45,686 nucleotides of DNA, from the sequence record SRR2962707_3597, one strand, 5' to 3'. The translations under genes and the position numbers were made by a program. Shown one piece after another: positions 1 through 9,050 of the stretch. Below the pieces are notes generated by a model. It was given only the letters and a program-made list of their open reading frames with translations, made no database searches and was not told where the DNA came from. How positions within the stretch are numbered: the stretch's first letter is position 1; each line of letters opens with the position of its first letter.

Positions 1-5
1 CCGCT

Positions 6-28
6 GTAGGAGCTTGCCTGCAAGCGAA
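6..28 (+). repeat. GTAG-family REP-like palindrome (GTAGGA-GCTTGC-CT-GCAAGC-GA)
   Basis: GTAG tetranucleotide followed by a 6-bp perfect inverted repeat, lying just downstream of the plsY stop. Same layout as Pseudomonas GTAG REPs. Only one copy in the window. Confidence 0.55.
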
Positions 29-52
29 TTGAGCCCGCTAACCGGTACCCCT

Positions 53-658
53 CTAACCCTTCTTCCTGAACCCCAGTTCCTCGCCGCGTAGCAGTTTGGT
101 CAGGTTGGCGCGGTGACGCACGATCATGATCAGGGTCAGGGCTGCCATCGGCAGCGCGGCGCCGGGCAGCCAGAACCACAGGCAGATGGGGGCCGCGACG
201 AAGGCGCTCAGCGACGCCACCGAGGAAATGCGCAGCATCCCGAATACCACCAGCCACACCGCGCCGGCCACCAGGCCGCTGGGCCAGTGCAGCGGAAACA
301 GCACGCCAAAGGCGGTGGCCACGCCCTTGCCGCCCTTGAATTGGAAGAACACCGGGAACAAGTGGCCGAGGAAGGCGCAGAAACCGACCAGTGCCACGGC
401 AAATGGAGAGAGCCCCAGGGCCGTCGCCGCCAGGACGGGCAGCACGCCTTTGAGCACATCGCCGAGCAGGGTCAGCGCCGCCGCCGGTTTGCCGGCGATG
501 CGCAGCACATTGGTGGCGCCGGGATTGCTGGAACCCTGGGTGCGCGGGTCCGGATGGCCGAACAAACGGCAGACCAGGATGGCGCTGGAAATCGAGCCCA
601 GCAGATACGCCACCGCGCATAAAGACAGCAACCAACCCCAGCTTTCCTGTAATGCCAT
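53..658 (-). CDS. plsY: Glycerol-3-phosphate acyltransferase PlsY
   Basis: Motifs AYLLGSI, DPRTQGSSNPGATNVLR, GHLFPVF..FKGGKGVAT and RHRANL. Divergent from folB as in enterics and Pseudomonas. Start at ATG 658 or GTG 667. Confidence 0.95.
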   Translation of the reverse strand: MALQESWGWLLSLCAVAYLLGSISSAILVCRLFGHPDPRTQGSSNPGATNVLRIAGKPAAALTLLGDVLKGVLPVLAATALGLSPFAVALVGFCAFLGHLFPVFFQFKGGKGVATAFGVLFPLHWPSGLVAGAVWLVVFGMLRISSVASLSAFVAAPICLWFWLPGAALPMAALTLIMIVRHRANLTKLLRGEELGFRKKG

Positions 659-810
659 GGCAACCACCGGCTATAATCCCCGAATCAACAGGCTGGACAT
701 TGTACACACAAGCCGCTTGTCGCGCGTCACCCCGGGTTCAGGCTCCCGGGAGTGGCGCGGCCAAACCTAACCGCGTATCAGGCCCGCGCGCGGCCGGACC
801 GAGGAACAGC

Positions 811-1167
811 ATGGACATCGTTTATATCAATGATTTGAAAGTCGATACGGTGATCGGCATTTTCGACTGGGAGCGGCGTATCCGTCAGACCGTCAGCCTG
901 GATCTGGAGATGGCCGCGGATATCAGCAAGGGCGCCGCCACCGACCACATCGACGATGCCCTGGACTACAAAAGTATCAGCAAGCGCCTGATTGCCTTTA
1001 TCGAGGAGAGTGAATTCCAGCTGGTGGAAACCCTGGCGGAACGGGTGGCGGCGCTGGTATTGGAGGAGTTCAACGTGCCCTGGCTGCGATTGCGGTTGAG
1101 CAAACCCGGTGCCCTGCGCGGTGCCCGTGACGTTGGCGTGATCATCGAGCGCGGGGAGCGTTCCTGA
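811..1167 (+). CDS. folB: Dihydroneopterin aldolase
   Basis: MDIVYINDLKVDTVIGIFDWER...LDYKSI...SKPGA...VGVIIER. ATG 811 preceded by GAGGAA. The ORF-track N-terminal extension is probably spurious. Confidence 0.95.
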   Translation: MDIVYINDLKVDTVIGIFDWERRIRQTVSLDLEMAADISKGAATDHIDDALDYKSISKRLIAFIEESEFQLVETLAERVAALVLEEFNVPWLRLRLSKPGALRGARDVGVIIERGERS

Positions 1168-1673
1168 TGGCGGAGGTGTTTCTCAGTCTCGGCTCCAACA
1201 TCGACCGGCAACACAATATTCATTCCGGTCTCGATGCGTTGGCGGAGCGGTTCGGTGAGCTGAGGCTGAGCCCGGTGTATGAAAGCGAGGCAGTGGGCTT
1301 CAAGGGCAGCCCGTTCTTCAATTTGGTGGTGGCTTTGCATACGGAGCTGTCAGTGGGGGAACTGGCCGGGGCGCTGCATGATATCGAGCGCGGTCACGGC
1401 CGGGTTCGCGGCGAGAAGAAGTTCGCCAGCCGCACCCTGGATATCGACATCCTCACTTACGACGATGCGGTTGGCGAGGTGGATGGCGTCAAGCTGCCGC
1501 GCGGGGAAATTCTGAAGCACGCTTTCGTACTGCGTCCGCTGGCGGATCTGGCGCCGGAGACGCGGCACCCGGGGAATGGGCGCCGCTACCGGGAGTTGCT
1601 GGCGGAAACCGACTTCAAGGGACAGCGGCTCTGGCAAGTGCCGTTCCGCTGGCCCGGGTCCGATGGTGCTTGA
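1167..1673 (+). CDS. folK: 2-amino-4-hydroxy-6-hydroxymethyldihydropteridine diphosphokinase
   Basis: VFLSLGSN, YESEAVG, SRTLDIDIL and FVLRPLADL motifs. TGATG overlap with folB. Confidence 0.93.
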   Translation: MAEVFLSLGSNIDRQHNIHSGLDALAERFGELRLSPVYESEAVGFKGSPFFNLVVALHTELSVGELAGALHDIERGHGRVRGEKKFASRTLDIDILTYDDAVGEVDGVKLPRGEILKHAFVLRPLADLAPETRHPGNGRRYRELLAETDFKGQRLWQVPFRWPGSDGA

Positions 1674-2573
1674 TCAGTCTTCTACCTTGAAGTTCTCTTC
1701 AATGGTTTCCATGTAGGCTTCAAACTCGGCACAGGAATACTTGGCTGTAGCTCCGTTGATATCCACGGAGATGTTATCCCGCCCCGAGGCCAGGAAGGTG
1801 ATGTAGCTGTTATTGGCGCCGCGCAGATTCAGGCGCCCGTCGCTGTAGCACACTTCATCGCCGTCATCCTGAATCAGGGGAGCCTGAGTTTCGATGCTGA
1901 CACGATAGCTACCGCCATCAAGCAATAGCATGCTGGTAAGATCCAGAGAATACTGGTTATCCGCGTTCCAGAAAGTGGTGGAGGCGAGGGAATCGATCTG
2001 GAAAGTCATTGACAGCTTTTTTCCATCTCTCGCCAGTTCGGCGTTGATGCGAACATCACCGTCACTGATGAAGTCTTTTTCAACAGGTTGGACTTCCGCG
2101 TCGTAGTCGAATTCACCCCTCATGACGACGTCGATTTGTTCATCGCCTGACGTTGAGATCATCCTGAAACTACTGGTCTCGACCTCAATGTGGGAATCGT
2201 AGTCGTAGTCCAGAGCGCCATCCACTACCAGCGAAGAGCTGTCCAAGTTTATTTCGCAGCTTTGCGCTTCCGCCCGTTCAGGCAAAGTGTCTCCACCTGG
2301 AGTGATATCAAGCTGGCCGGAAACGCAATCGGCCGGGTCGAGAAAGCCTATGCTGGTGACGGTCGAAAGAATGACAGGAGCGCCGAGCGCGCCTTGCAAT
2401 GCGATGTACAGAATCTGCTCCGCGTTGTCTTCATCAATGGCTAGAAACGGCACCTGGCCGCCACCCCCAGAGCCGGATGAGCTACCACCGCCACCACAAG
2501 CGGCAAGGGCAGTGGCGAGTAAGACAGAAGTTAGCACCCGCGCACGGGTGGAGTCGGTAGTGAAAAGTGACAT
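1674..2573 (-). CDS. Hypothetical acidic lipoprotein
   Basis: Signal peptide with lipobox LAAC followed by a Gly/Ser linker (GGGGSSSGSGGGG). Asp/Glu- and beta-strand-rich body. AGGGA RBS. More A/T-rich than neighbouring genes. Confidence 0.8.
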   Translation of the reverse strand: MSLFTTDSTRARVLTSVLLATALAACGGGGSSSGSGGGGQVPFLAIDEDNAEQILYIALQGALGAPVILSTVTSIGFLDPADCVSGQLDITPGGDTLPERAEAQSCEINLDSSSLVVDGALDYDYDSHIEVETSSFRMISTSGDEQIDVVMRGEFDYDAEVQPVEKDFISDGDVRINAELARDGKKLSMTFQIDSLASTTFWNADNQYSLDLTSMLLLDGGSYRVSIETQAPLIQDDGDEVCYSDGRLNLRGANNSYITFLASGRDNISVDINGATAKYSCAEFEAYMETIEENFKVED

Positions 2574-2651
2574 GCGAGTATCCCTAAACCGAAATAAGCG
2601 TCGTCGGCCCGTTTGGGGATGGAAACGGTAAGGCTAGGTCGGCTTACGGTG

Positions 2652-2668
2652 GACTCCATCCCTGAGTC
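2652..2668 (-). promoter_or_regulatory. Candidate CsrA/RsmA-binding hairpin in the lipoprotein leader
   Basis: Minus strand reads GACTC-AGGGATG-GAGTC: a 5-bp stem with ANGGA in the loop. A second AGGGA overlaps the RBS at 2581-2585. Confidence 0.45.
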
Positions 2669-2793
2669 GACAGGATCGACCGTCATCGTTGTTGATGTTG
2701 TGACGAGCAGCCTCCCATGGCCTTCGTCGATGCGGTCTTGGTATCAACCATAGCGGCAAAGGACGGTCGTGCCAATCCCCGTGGCGCCGCTTC

Positions 2794-3531
2794 TCAAGCG
2801 CCGGGGAAGGATTGGGAACGGCCGCCATCCACGGCGATGATCTGCCCGGTGATGTAGGGGGCGTGATCGGCGAGCCAGGCCACCGTGTTGGCGATGTCAT
2901 CCGGGTCGCCGGCGCGGCCCAGCGGTAAGGCGTCGAGAATCACCTGTTGGGATTCCTGGCCTTGTTCTGGCCACAATATTGGCCCGGGCGCCACGCCGTT
3001 GACGCGTACTTCAGGGCCGAGTTCCCGGGCCAGACTGCGGGTCATCATTGCCAGTCCGGCCTTGGCCATGCAGTACAGCGGATGCTCTCGCAGTGGCTTC
3101 TCGGCATAAACATCCACCAGATTAACGATGGCGCCGTGATGCTGTTTCAGGGTCGCGGCCAGTGCCTGGCTGAGCAGAAACGGCGCCCGCAGGTTGCTGT
3201 GCATCAGTTGGTCCCAGTCCTCATCGCTGGCCTGATGCAAAGGCGTGCGATAGAACCGGGAGGCGTTGTTCACCAGCAACCGCAGGCCGGGCTTCAGAGC
3301 CAGTGCCTCGGCGGCCAGTTGCCGCACCTGGCCGGGCACCACCAGGTCCGCGTACAGGCAAGCCGCGCTGTCGGCACGCTGCCGGTTAAGGTCGTCCACC
3401 AGGGTTCGCGCTTGTTCTTCGCTGTGGTGGTAGTGAATGATCACATCGTGGCCCGATTGGTGCAGGCGACGGGCAATGCGGGCGCCGATGCGGCGCGCGG
3501 CACCGGTGACCAGGGCTACGGGAGCGGCCAT
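2794..3531 (-). CDS. folM: Pteridine reductase / dihydromonapterin reductase (SDR family)
   Basis: VALVTGAARRIG, LVNNAS, YCMAK and VRVNGVAPG motifs of pteridine-reductase-type SDRs. Near folB/folK and overlapping cca. Confidence 0.8.
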   Translation of the reverse strand: MAAPVALVTGAARRIGARIARRLHQSGHDVIIHYHHSEEQARTLVDDLNRQRADSAACLYADLVVPGQVRQLAAEALALKPGLRLLVNNASRFYRTPLHQASDEDWDQLMHSNLRAPFLLSQALAATLKQHHGAIVNLVDVYAEKPLREHPLYCMAKAGLAMMTRSLARELGPEVRVNGVAPGPILWPEQGQESQQVILDALPLGRAGDPDDIANTVAWLADHAPYITGQIIAVDGGRSQSFPGA

Positions 3532-4763
3532 TTTTCCACGAACTCCTGTCGGTAAAGACGGATGGCGCGAATGCGTTTGCTTTCCAGGGCGCGGCCGAGC
3601 GCGGGGCCGGACAGGCCGGCCTGGCGCAGCCCCGCCACATCCACGGTGCGGACCACTTCAGCGACGCCGAGCAGGAATTCGCCTTGCGGAAAGGGGGCTT
3701 TGGGATCGGCCTGGCAGGTGCGGTAATCGGCTTCGCAGGCGTCAACGAAGAAGCGCAACCGGCGCGGCCGGCGGATCACATCCAGAGCGTGCAGGACTTC
3801 CCATACACGTGGCGGGCGCAGCTTGAGGACGCGACGCCCACGGTTCTGCCAGCGCGCCATGACGGCGGCGGCGTCCGCCATTTCCCTGGGGACCCTTAAG
3901 CGCTTGGACATTTCCAGTGCCAGGGTTTCGCTCTGCCTTTCGTAATTCTGATGACGCGGCCAGCGGTCCGGCGGCGTGCTGGCCTTGCCGAGATCATGGC
4001 AGAGCAGGGCGTAGCGAGCGGTCAGGGACAGATTCTGCCGAGCTGCCTGGGCCAGGCAGCGCCATTGATGGGTAAGCACATCCACGGTGGGATGATGGTC
4101 CGGAGACTGGGGGATGCCATCCAGGTTGGCCAGTTCCGGGAATAATTCCGCCAGCGCGCCGCATTCATGCAGGATACGGAAGAACGTTTGCGGTGAGCGT
4201 TCCATCAGTGCCCGGCTGGTTTCCTTCCAGACCCGTTCCGGACTGAGATGCTGCAGCTCGCCCGCCAGCACGATGTCGGTCATCAGATCCATGGTCTCGC
4301 GGGCCACGCGAAAGCCCAGCCAGTGATAGCGGGCGGCGAAACGGGCCACCCGCAGAACCCGCAGCGGGTCCTCGGCGAAGGCGGGGGAGACATGGCGCAG
4401 CAATCGTTCCTTGAGATCGTTTTGACCGTTGTAGGGGTCAATCAAGCGGCCATCACTGGCGCGGGCCATGGCATTGATGGTCAGGTCCCGTCGCTTCAGG
4501 TCGTCTTCCAGCGTCACGTCCTCGGCGGTGTGAAAAAGAAAGCCGCCGTGGCCGTGGCCATGTTTGCGTTCCGTGCGGGCAAGGGCGTACTCCTCGCCGG
4601 TCCGCGGATGCAGGAACACCGGAAAGTCATTGCCCACGGGTTTGTAGCCTTGCGCCAAAAGAGTATCGGGGGTGCCGCCCACCACCACCCAATCTTTCTC
4701 CTTGACCGGCAGTCCGAGCAATTCGTCGCGGACCGCACCACCGACAAGATAGATATCCATCAT
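3516..4763 (-). CDS. cca: Multifunctional CCA tRNA nucleotidyltransferase with HD domain
   Basis: YLVGGAVRDELLG, DWVVVG, DFPVFLHP, RRDLTINAMA, EDPLRVLR and CHDLGK motifs. Confidence 0.95.
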   Translation of the reverse strand: MMDIYLVGGAVRDELLGLPVKEKDWVVVGGTPDTLLAQGYKPVGNDFPVFLHPRTGEEYALARTERKHGHGHGGFLFHTAEDVTLEDDLKRRDLTINAMARASDGRLIDPYNGQNDLKERLLRHVSPAFAEDPLRVLRVARFAARYHWLGFRVARETMDLMTDIVLAGELQHLSPERVWKETSRALMERSPQTFFRILHECGALAELFPELANLDGIPQSPDHHPTVDVLTHQWRCLAQAARQNLSLTARYALLCHDLGKASTPPDRWPRHQNYERQSETLALEMSKRLRVPREMADAAAVMARWQNRGRRVLKLRPPRVWEVLHALDVIRRPRRLRFFVDACEADYRTCQADPKAPFPQGEFLLGVAEVVRTVDVAGLRQAGLSGPALGRALESKRIRAIRLYRQEFVEKWPLP

Positions 4764-5114
4764 GTTCGCTATCGCTTCCAGGTAAACATTAGAATGTCAT
4801 GTCTGGTCTGGCCGGAAAACCGCCGGGGCAAGGAATGCGGTCGAAATCGACGCGAACGGTTATTTTCTGGTCTGCGGGCGTCCCTGCTCTGATCCTGGGT
4901 TGCCAATCTGACCGGCGATGAAGGGAAATGACAATCTACATGGCGTTTATCACCATTGAACCGGGCCTGGGGCCATGGTTTAGTGCTTCGTCGTTATTTG
5001 ATTCGGATCATTGCCTGATTCGGGCATGTGGACACCAGCGTGCCATCCGTCATCACGGCGTCACCGGCCGATGCTTTGTCCGACCGCCCCTGGCTCAACG
5101 GGAGAGATAGTTTC

Positions 5115-6095
5115 ATGAAAACACGTATTACCGAGATGCTGGGCATCGAGTACCCCATCGTTCAAGGGGGTATGCAGAATGTTGGTTATGCGGAGCTGGC
5201 TTCCGCCGTTTCCAACGCGGGTGCTCTCGGCATTATCACCGGCCTGACTCAGCCGACCCCGGAAGACCTGGACAAGGAAATCCGCCGTTGCAAGGAGATG
5301 ACCGACAAGCCGTTCGGCGTCAACCTGACCCTGCTGCCGACCATCAAGCCGGTTCCCTATGAGGAATACGTGCGGGTGATCATTGAGGCCGGCATCAAAG
5401 TGGTGGAAACCGCTGGCCGCAGCCCGGAGCCCTTCATGGCTCAGTTCAATGAGAACGGCGTCAGCGTGATCCACAAGTGCACTTCCGTGCGGCATGCCCT
5501 GAAAGCGCAGAAACTCGGTTGTTCCGCGGTATCCGTGGACGGTTTCGAATGCGCCGGCCACCCCGGTGAGGACGATGTGCCCAACCTGGTGCTGTTGCCG
5601 GCGGCGGCCAAGGTGCTGGATATCCCGATGATTGCCTCCGGTGGTATCGGTACCGGCACGCAGATGGCGGCTTGCCTGGCGCTGGGCGCGGAAGGCATCA
5701 ACATGGGCACCCGCTTCATGGCCACCAAGGAAGCGCCGATTCACGAGAACATCAAGAAGGCCATCGTCGAAGCCAGTGAACTGGATACCGCGCTGGTGTA
5801 CCGTCCGCTGCGCAACACCGCCCGGGTTTACAAGAACAAGGTGGCGGAGAAGGTCAATGAGATCGAACGTGAAGCCGGCAAGGATATGAAGTTCGAACTG
5901 ATCCGCGACATGGTCGCCGGTACTCGCGGCAAGGTGTCGCTGACCGAAGGTGACGTGGATTACGGTATCTGGACCAGCGGCATGGTGCAGGGGTTGATCC
6001 ACAACATCCCCTCCTGCGATGAACTGGTGCAGGAGATCATGAGCGAATGCACCGAGACCATTCGCAATCGCCTGAACAATCTGCTGGCAGGCTGA
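5115..6095 (+). CDS. Nitronate monooxygenase-family flavoprotein (FabK/NMO-like)
   Basis: MKTRITEMLGIEYPIVQGGM, DGFECAGHPG, IASGGIG and MGTRF motifs. ATG 5115 follows GGAGAG. Confidence 0.85.
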   Translation: MKTRITEMLGIEYPIVQGGMQNVGYAELASAVSNAGALGIITGLTQPTPEDLDKEIRRCKEMTDKPFGVNLTLLPTIKPVPYEEYVRVIIEAGIKVVETAGRSPEPFMAQFNENGVSVIHKCTSVRHALKAQKLGCSAVSVDGFECAGHPGEDDVPNLVLLPAAAKVLDIPMIASGGIGTGTQMAACLALGAEGINMGTRFMATKEAPIHENIKKAIVEASELDTALVYRPLRNTARVYKNKVAEKVNEIEREAGKDMKFELIRDMVAGTRGKVSLTEGDVDYGIWTSGMVQGLIHNIPSCDELVQEIMSECTETIRNRLNNLLAG

Positions 6096-6105
6096 TTGAT
6101 CGAAG

Positions 6106-6147
6106 CGCGGCCCTCTTCACCGGGTTCATATGGGAAAGAGGGCCGCG
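6106..6147. terminator. Hairpin between convergent genes
   Basis: 12-bp inverted repeat CGCGGCCCTCTT / AAGAGGGCCGCG between the NMO and spoVR stops. No clear U-tract. Confidence 0.5.
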
Positions 6148-6156
6148 ATGCCGCGT

Positions 6157-7653
6157 TTATTGCCCACCCTGAATTGACTGACGCTCAACGACCGTGCCGT
6201 TGTCCAAGCTGTCCAGGTGCACGTCGAATCCCCACAATCGATGCAGGTGCTTGAGCACTTCCCGGCTGCTGCTTTCGTCCAGGGGGCGGTGGTGTTGGCG
6301 GACGTGCTGTAGTACCAGCGACCGGTCTCCGCGCACATTGGCCTCGTAAACCTGGATATTCGGTTCCTGGATGCTCAGGTTGTATTGCTCGGCCAGTTTG
6401 TTGCGCACCTTTTGATAGCCGCGCTCATCGTGGATGGCGTTGATTTCGATGTATTCCTTCTCGGTATCATCCAACAGGCTGAACAGTTTGAATTCCCGGA
6501 TCAGGCGCGGGGACAGGAACTGTTGGATAAAGCTCTCATCCTTGAAGCTCTCCATGGCGAACTTGAGTGTGGCCAGCCAGTCGCTGCCGGCGATGTCGGG
6601 GAACCAGTAACGGTCCTCTTCCTCCGGATTCTCACAGATGCGCCGCAGGTCCCGGAACATGGCGAAGCCCAGCGCGTACGGGTTTATGCCGGAGTAGTAC
6701 TGAGAGTCGAAAGGCGGTTGATAGACCACCTGGCTGTGGTTGTGCAGAAATTCCAGCATGAAGCCGTCGGTGACCTGTTTCTGATCATAGAGATCATTGA
6801 GCAGGGTGTAGTGCCAGAACGTGGCCCACCCCTCGTTCATGACCTTGGTTTGACGCTGTGGATAAAAGTACTGGGCCATCTTCCGCACGATACGGATGAC
6901 CTCCCGCTGCCAGGGTTCCAGCAGCGGCGCGTTCTTTTCAATGAAGTAGAGAATGTTTTCCTGGGGCTCCGGAGGAAAACGTTCGTTCTTTTCCCGCCTT
7001 TGCGTCGCGGGCTGCAGATCTGGAAAAGTCCGCCATAGTTCAGAGACCTGTTGTTGCAAAGCGGCCTCCCGTTCGCGCTGCCGCCGCCGCTCCTCCTGGG
7101 CGGAAATCGGCGTCGGGCGCTTGTAGCGATCGACACCGTAGTTCATCAGGGCGTGACAGGAATCAAGGATATCCTCCACCGCGTTGACGCCATGGCGCTG
7201 CTCGCATTCGGCGATGTATTTGCGGGCGAACACCAGATAATCGATGATCGCCGAAGCGTCGGTCCAGGACTTGAACAGGTAGTTGCCCTTGAAAAAGGAG
7301 TTGTGGCCATAACAAGCATGGGCGATCACCAGCGCCTGCATGGTGATGGTGTTCTCCTCCATCAAGTAAGCGATACAAGGGTTGGAGTTGATCACGATCT
7401 CGTAAGCCAGCCCCATTTGCCCGCGCCGATAGCGGTTTTCCACCTCCACGAATTGTTTGCCGAAGGACCAGTGGTGGTAACCCACCGGCATGCCCACGGA
7501 AGAATAGGCGTCCATCATCTGTTCCGAGGAAATGACCTCGATCTGGTTGGGGTAGGTGTCAAGGGCATACTTGCCGTGGGCCAGCTCGGAGATTGCCTCG
7601 TCATAGCGGGCAAGCAGGTTGAAGTCCCAGTCGGAGCCGGTGGACAAGAGCAT
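6157..7653 (-). CDS. ycgB: SpoVR family protein (YcgB)
   Basis: YHHWSFGK, GLAYEIVINS, HACYGHNSFFK and TKVMNEGWATFWH motifs. Confidence 0.92.
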   Translation of the reverse strand: MLLSTGSDWDFNLLARYDEAISELAHGKYALDTYPNQIEVISSEQMMDAYSSVGMPVGYHHWSFGKQFVEVENRYRRGQMGLAYEIVINSNPCIAYLMEENTITMQALVIAHACYGHNSFFKGNYLFKSWTDASAIIDYLVFARKYIAECEQRHGVNAVEDILDSCHALMNYGVDRYKRPTPISAQEERRRQREREAALQQQVSELWRTFPDLQPATQRREKNERFPPEPQENILYFIEKNAPLLEPWQREVIRIVRKMAQYFYPQRQTKVMNEGWATFWHYTLLNDLYDQKQVTDGFMLEFLHNHSQVVYQPPFDSQYYSGINPYALGFAMFRDLRRICENPEEEDRYWFPDIAGSDWLATLKFAMESFKDESFIQQFLSPRLIREFKLFSLLDDTEKEYIEINAIHDERGYQKVRNKLAEQYNLSIQEPNIQVYEANVRGDRSLVLQHVRQHHRPLDESSSREVLKHLHRLWGFDVHLDSLDNGTVVERQSIQGGQ

Positions 7654-8936
7654 CAGGCGGCCTCCATGCGTTTATGGAACAGCTGGCGGAATACCGGATA
7701 TATATCCGCCGGGTCGTCGATCTGTGCCATGGAGAAGACGTCCGGGTGGCGCCCCATGATGCCCTCATATTGGTCCCAGAGTGCCTGGTGGGCGCGGGGC
7801 ATGACCTCCACATAGGAGAAGTGCTGCATGCGCGGCAGCAATTCCTTCTCCAGCAACCCGGCGCAGCCGGGAGAGTCATCGTTCCAGTTGTCGCCGTCCG
7901 AGGCCTGGGCGCCGTAGATGTTCCATTCCTCCACCGGGTAGCGTTCCTTGATGATGTCCCGGGTCAGTTTCAGGGCGCTGGAAACGATGGTGCCGCCGGT
8001 TTCCCGGGAGTAGAAAAACTCCTCTTCATCCACCTCCTTGGCGCTGGTGTGATGACGTATGAATACCACCTCGGTGTGCTGGTAGTTGCGTTGCAGGAAT
8101 AAATAAAGCAGCAGGAAGAAGCGCTTCGCCAGGTCCTTCATGTCCTGGTTCATGGAGCCGGAAACATCCATGATGCAGAACATCACCGCCCGGCTCACCG
8201 GCACCGGGACCTTGATATGGTGGTTGTAACGTAGATCCACGGTATCGATGAAGGGAATGCGATCGATACGCCGACGCAGGCGCTCGATATGTTCGTCCAG
8301 TTCCGCCAGGCGAGCCTGACGCTGAGGGGATTGATCCTGCTGCAGCAGGGCCTCCCGCTCCTCTTCCAGTTCACGTAGCCGGCGGCGGCTGGCGGCGGTC
8401 AACGCACGCCGGCGCATGGAGGCCTGGCGCATGGAGCGGACGATATTGATCTTGGCCGGCATGCCATGACTGACAATGCCGCCGTGGCGGATCTGGAAGG
8501 TCCGGGTGCCTTCCAGGTGCCGTTTCACCAGATTCGGCAGCGCCAGATCCTCGAACAGAAAATTGAGGAATTCCTGCGGGTCGATTTCGAAGGCGAAATC
8601 GTCCTCGCCTTCTCCCTGATTGCTGGCGTCGCCGGAGCCACTACCTTGTCCGCCGCCACCACTGGGGCGCTTGATCCGGTCGCCTTGCTGAAACTCCCGA
8701 TTGCCTGGGTGGACGATGTTGCGCTGGCCGCCGGGGCCGTGATGGAAAATGGGCTCGGAAATGTCCTTGCGAGGAATGACGATGCGCTCGCCTTGCTCCA
8801 TTTCCTTGATGGAGCGCTTGCCCACGGCGTCATTGACCGCTTCACGAATATGTCGCCGGTAGCGCTGCAGAAACCGTTGCCGATTCACCGCACTCTTGTG
8901 CTTCCCATTGAGACGCCGGTCGATGATATAACTCAT
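7653..8936 (-). CDS. yeaH: YeaH/YhbH family protein (VWA-like C-terminus)
   Basis: [41 protein letters not shown] and QASDGDNW motifs. Confidence 0.92.
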   Translation of the reverse strand: MSYIIDRRLNGKHKSAVNRQRFLQRYRRHIREAVNDAVGKRSIKEMEQGERIVIPRKDISEPIFHHGPGGQRNIVHPGNREFQQGDRIKRPSGGGGQGSGSGDASNQGEGEDDFAFEIDPQEFLNFLFEDLALPNLVKRHLEGTRTFQIRHGGIVSHGMPAKINIVRSMRQASMRRRALTAASRRRLRELEEEREALLQQDQSPQRQARLAELDEHIERLRRRIDRIPFIDTVDLRYNHHIKVPVPVSRAVMFCIMDVSGSMNQDMKDLAKRFFLLLYLFLQRNYQHTEVVFIRHHTSAKEVDEEEFFYSRETGGTIVSSALKLTRDIIKERYPVEEWNIYGAQASDGDNWNDDSPGCAGLLEKELLPRMQHFSYVEVMPRAHQALWDQYEGIMGRHPDVFSMAQIDDPADIYPVFRQLFHKRMEAA

Positions 8937-9018
8937 TGAGCTCTCCAGTCTCGGCCGATAGGGCGATGGGACTGTGTTTCGCGGGCACGGGGCAGGATGT
9001 CAAAAGGGCCCGGCCCGC

Positions 9019-9045
9019 GTCACTATTCACTGTTCACTATTCATT
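9019..9045 (-). repeat. Heptamer array (half element) 3' of prkA
   Basis: Minus strand reads AATGAAT AGTGAAC AGTGAAT AGTGAC, 5 nt after the prkA TAA. It matches the right arms of the elements at 36074 and 38508. Confidence 0.8.
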
Positions 9046-9050
9046 GCCCT

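Noticed and set aside
2750-2776. Possible sigma54 promoter (TGGCACG...TTGC on the minus strand) for the lipoprotein
   Set aside because: GG-to-GC spacing is 14 nt, not the obligatory 10.
4764-5114. sRNA or small ORF in the 350-bp cca/NMO divergent spacer
   Set aside because: No convincing terminator, RBS-linked ORF or recognisable RNA motif. Only a short TGATTCGG direct repeat.
6106-6147. Hairpin resembling the core of the heptamer element (GCGGCC.CTCTT)
   Set aside because: The arms are in the opposite order, and there are no heptamers or other shared segments. Treated as an ordinary hairpin.
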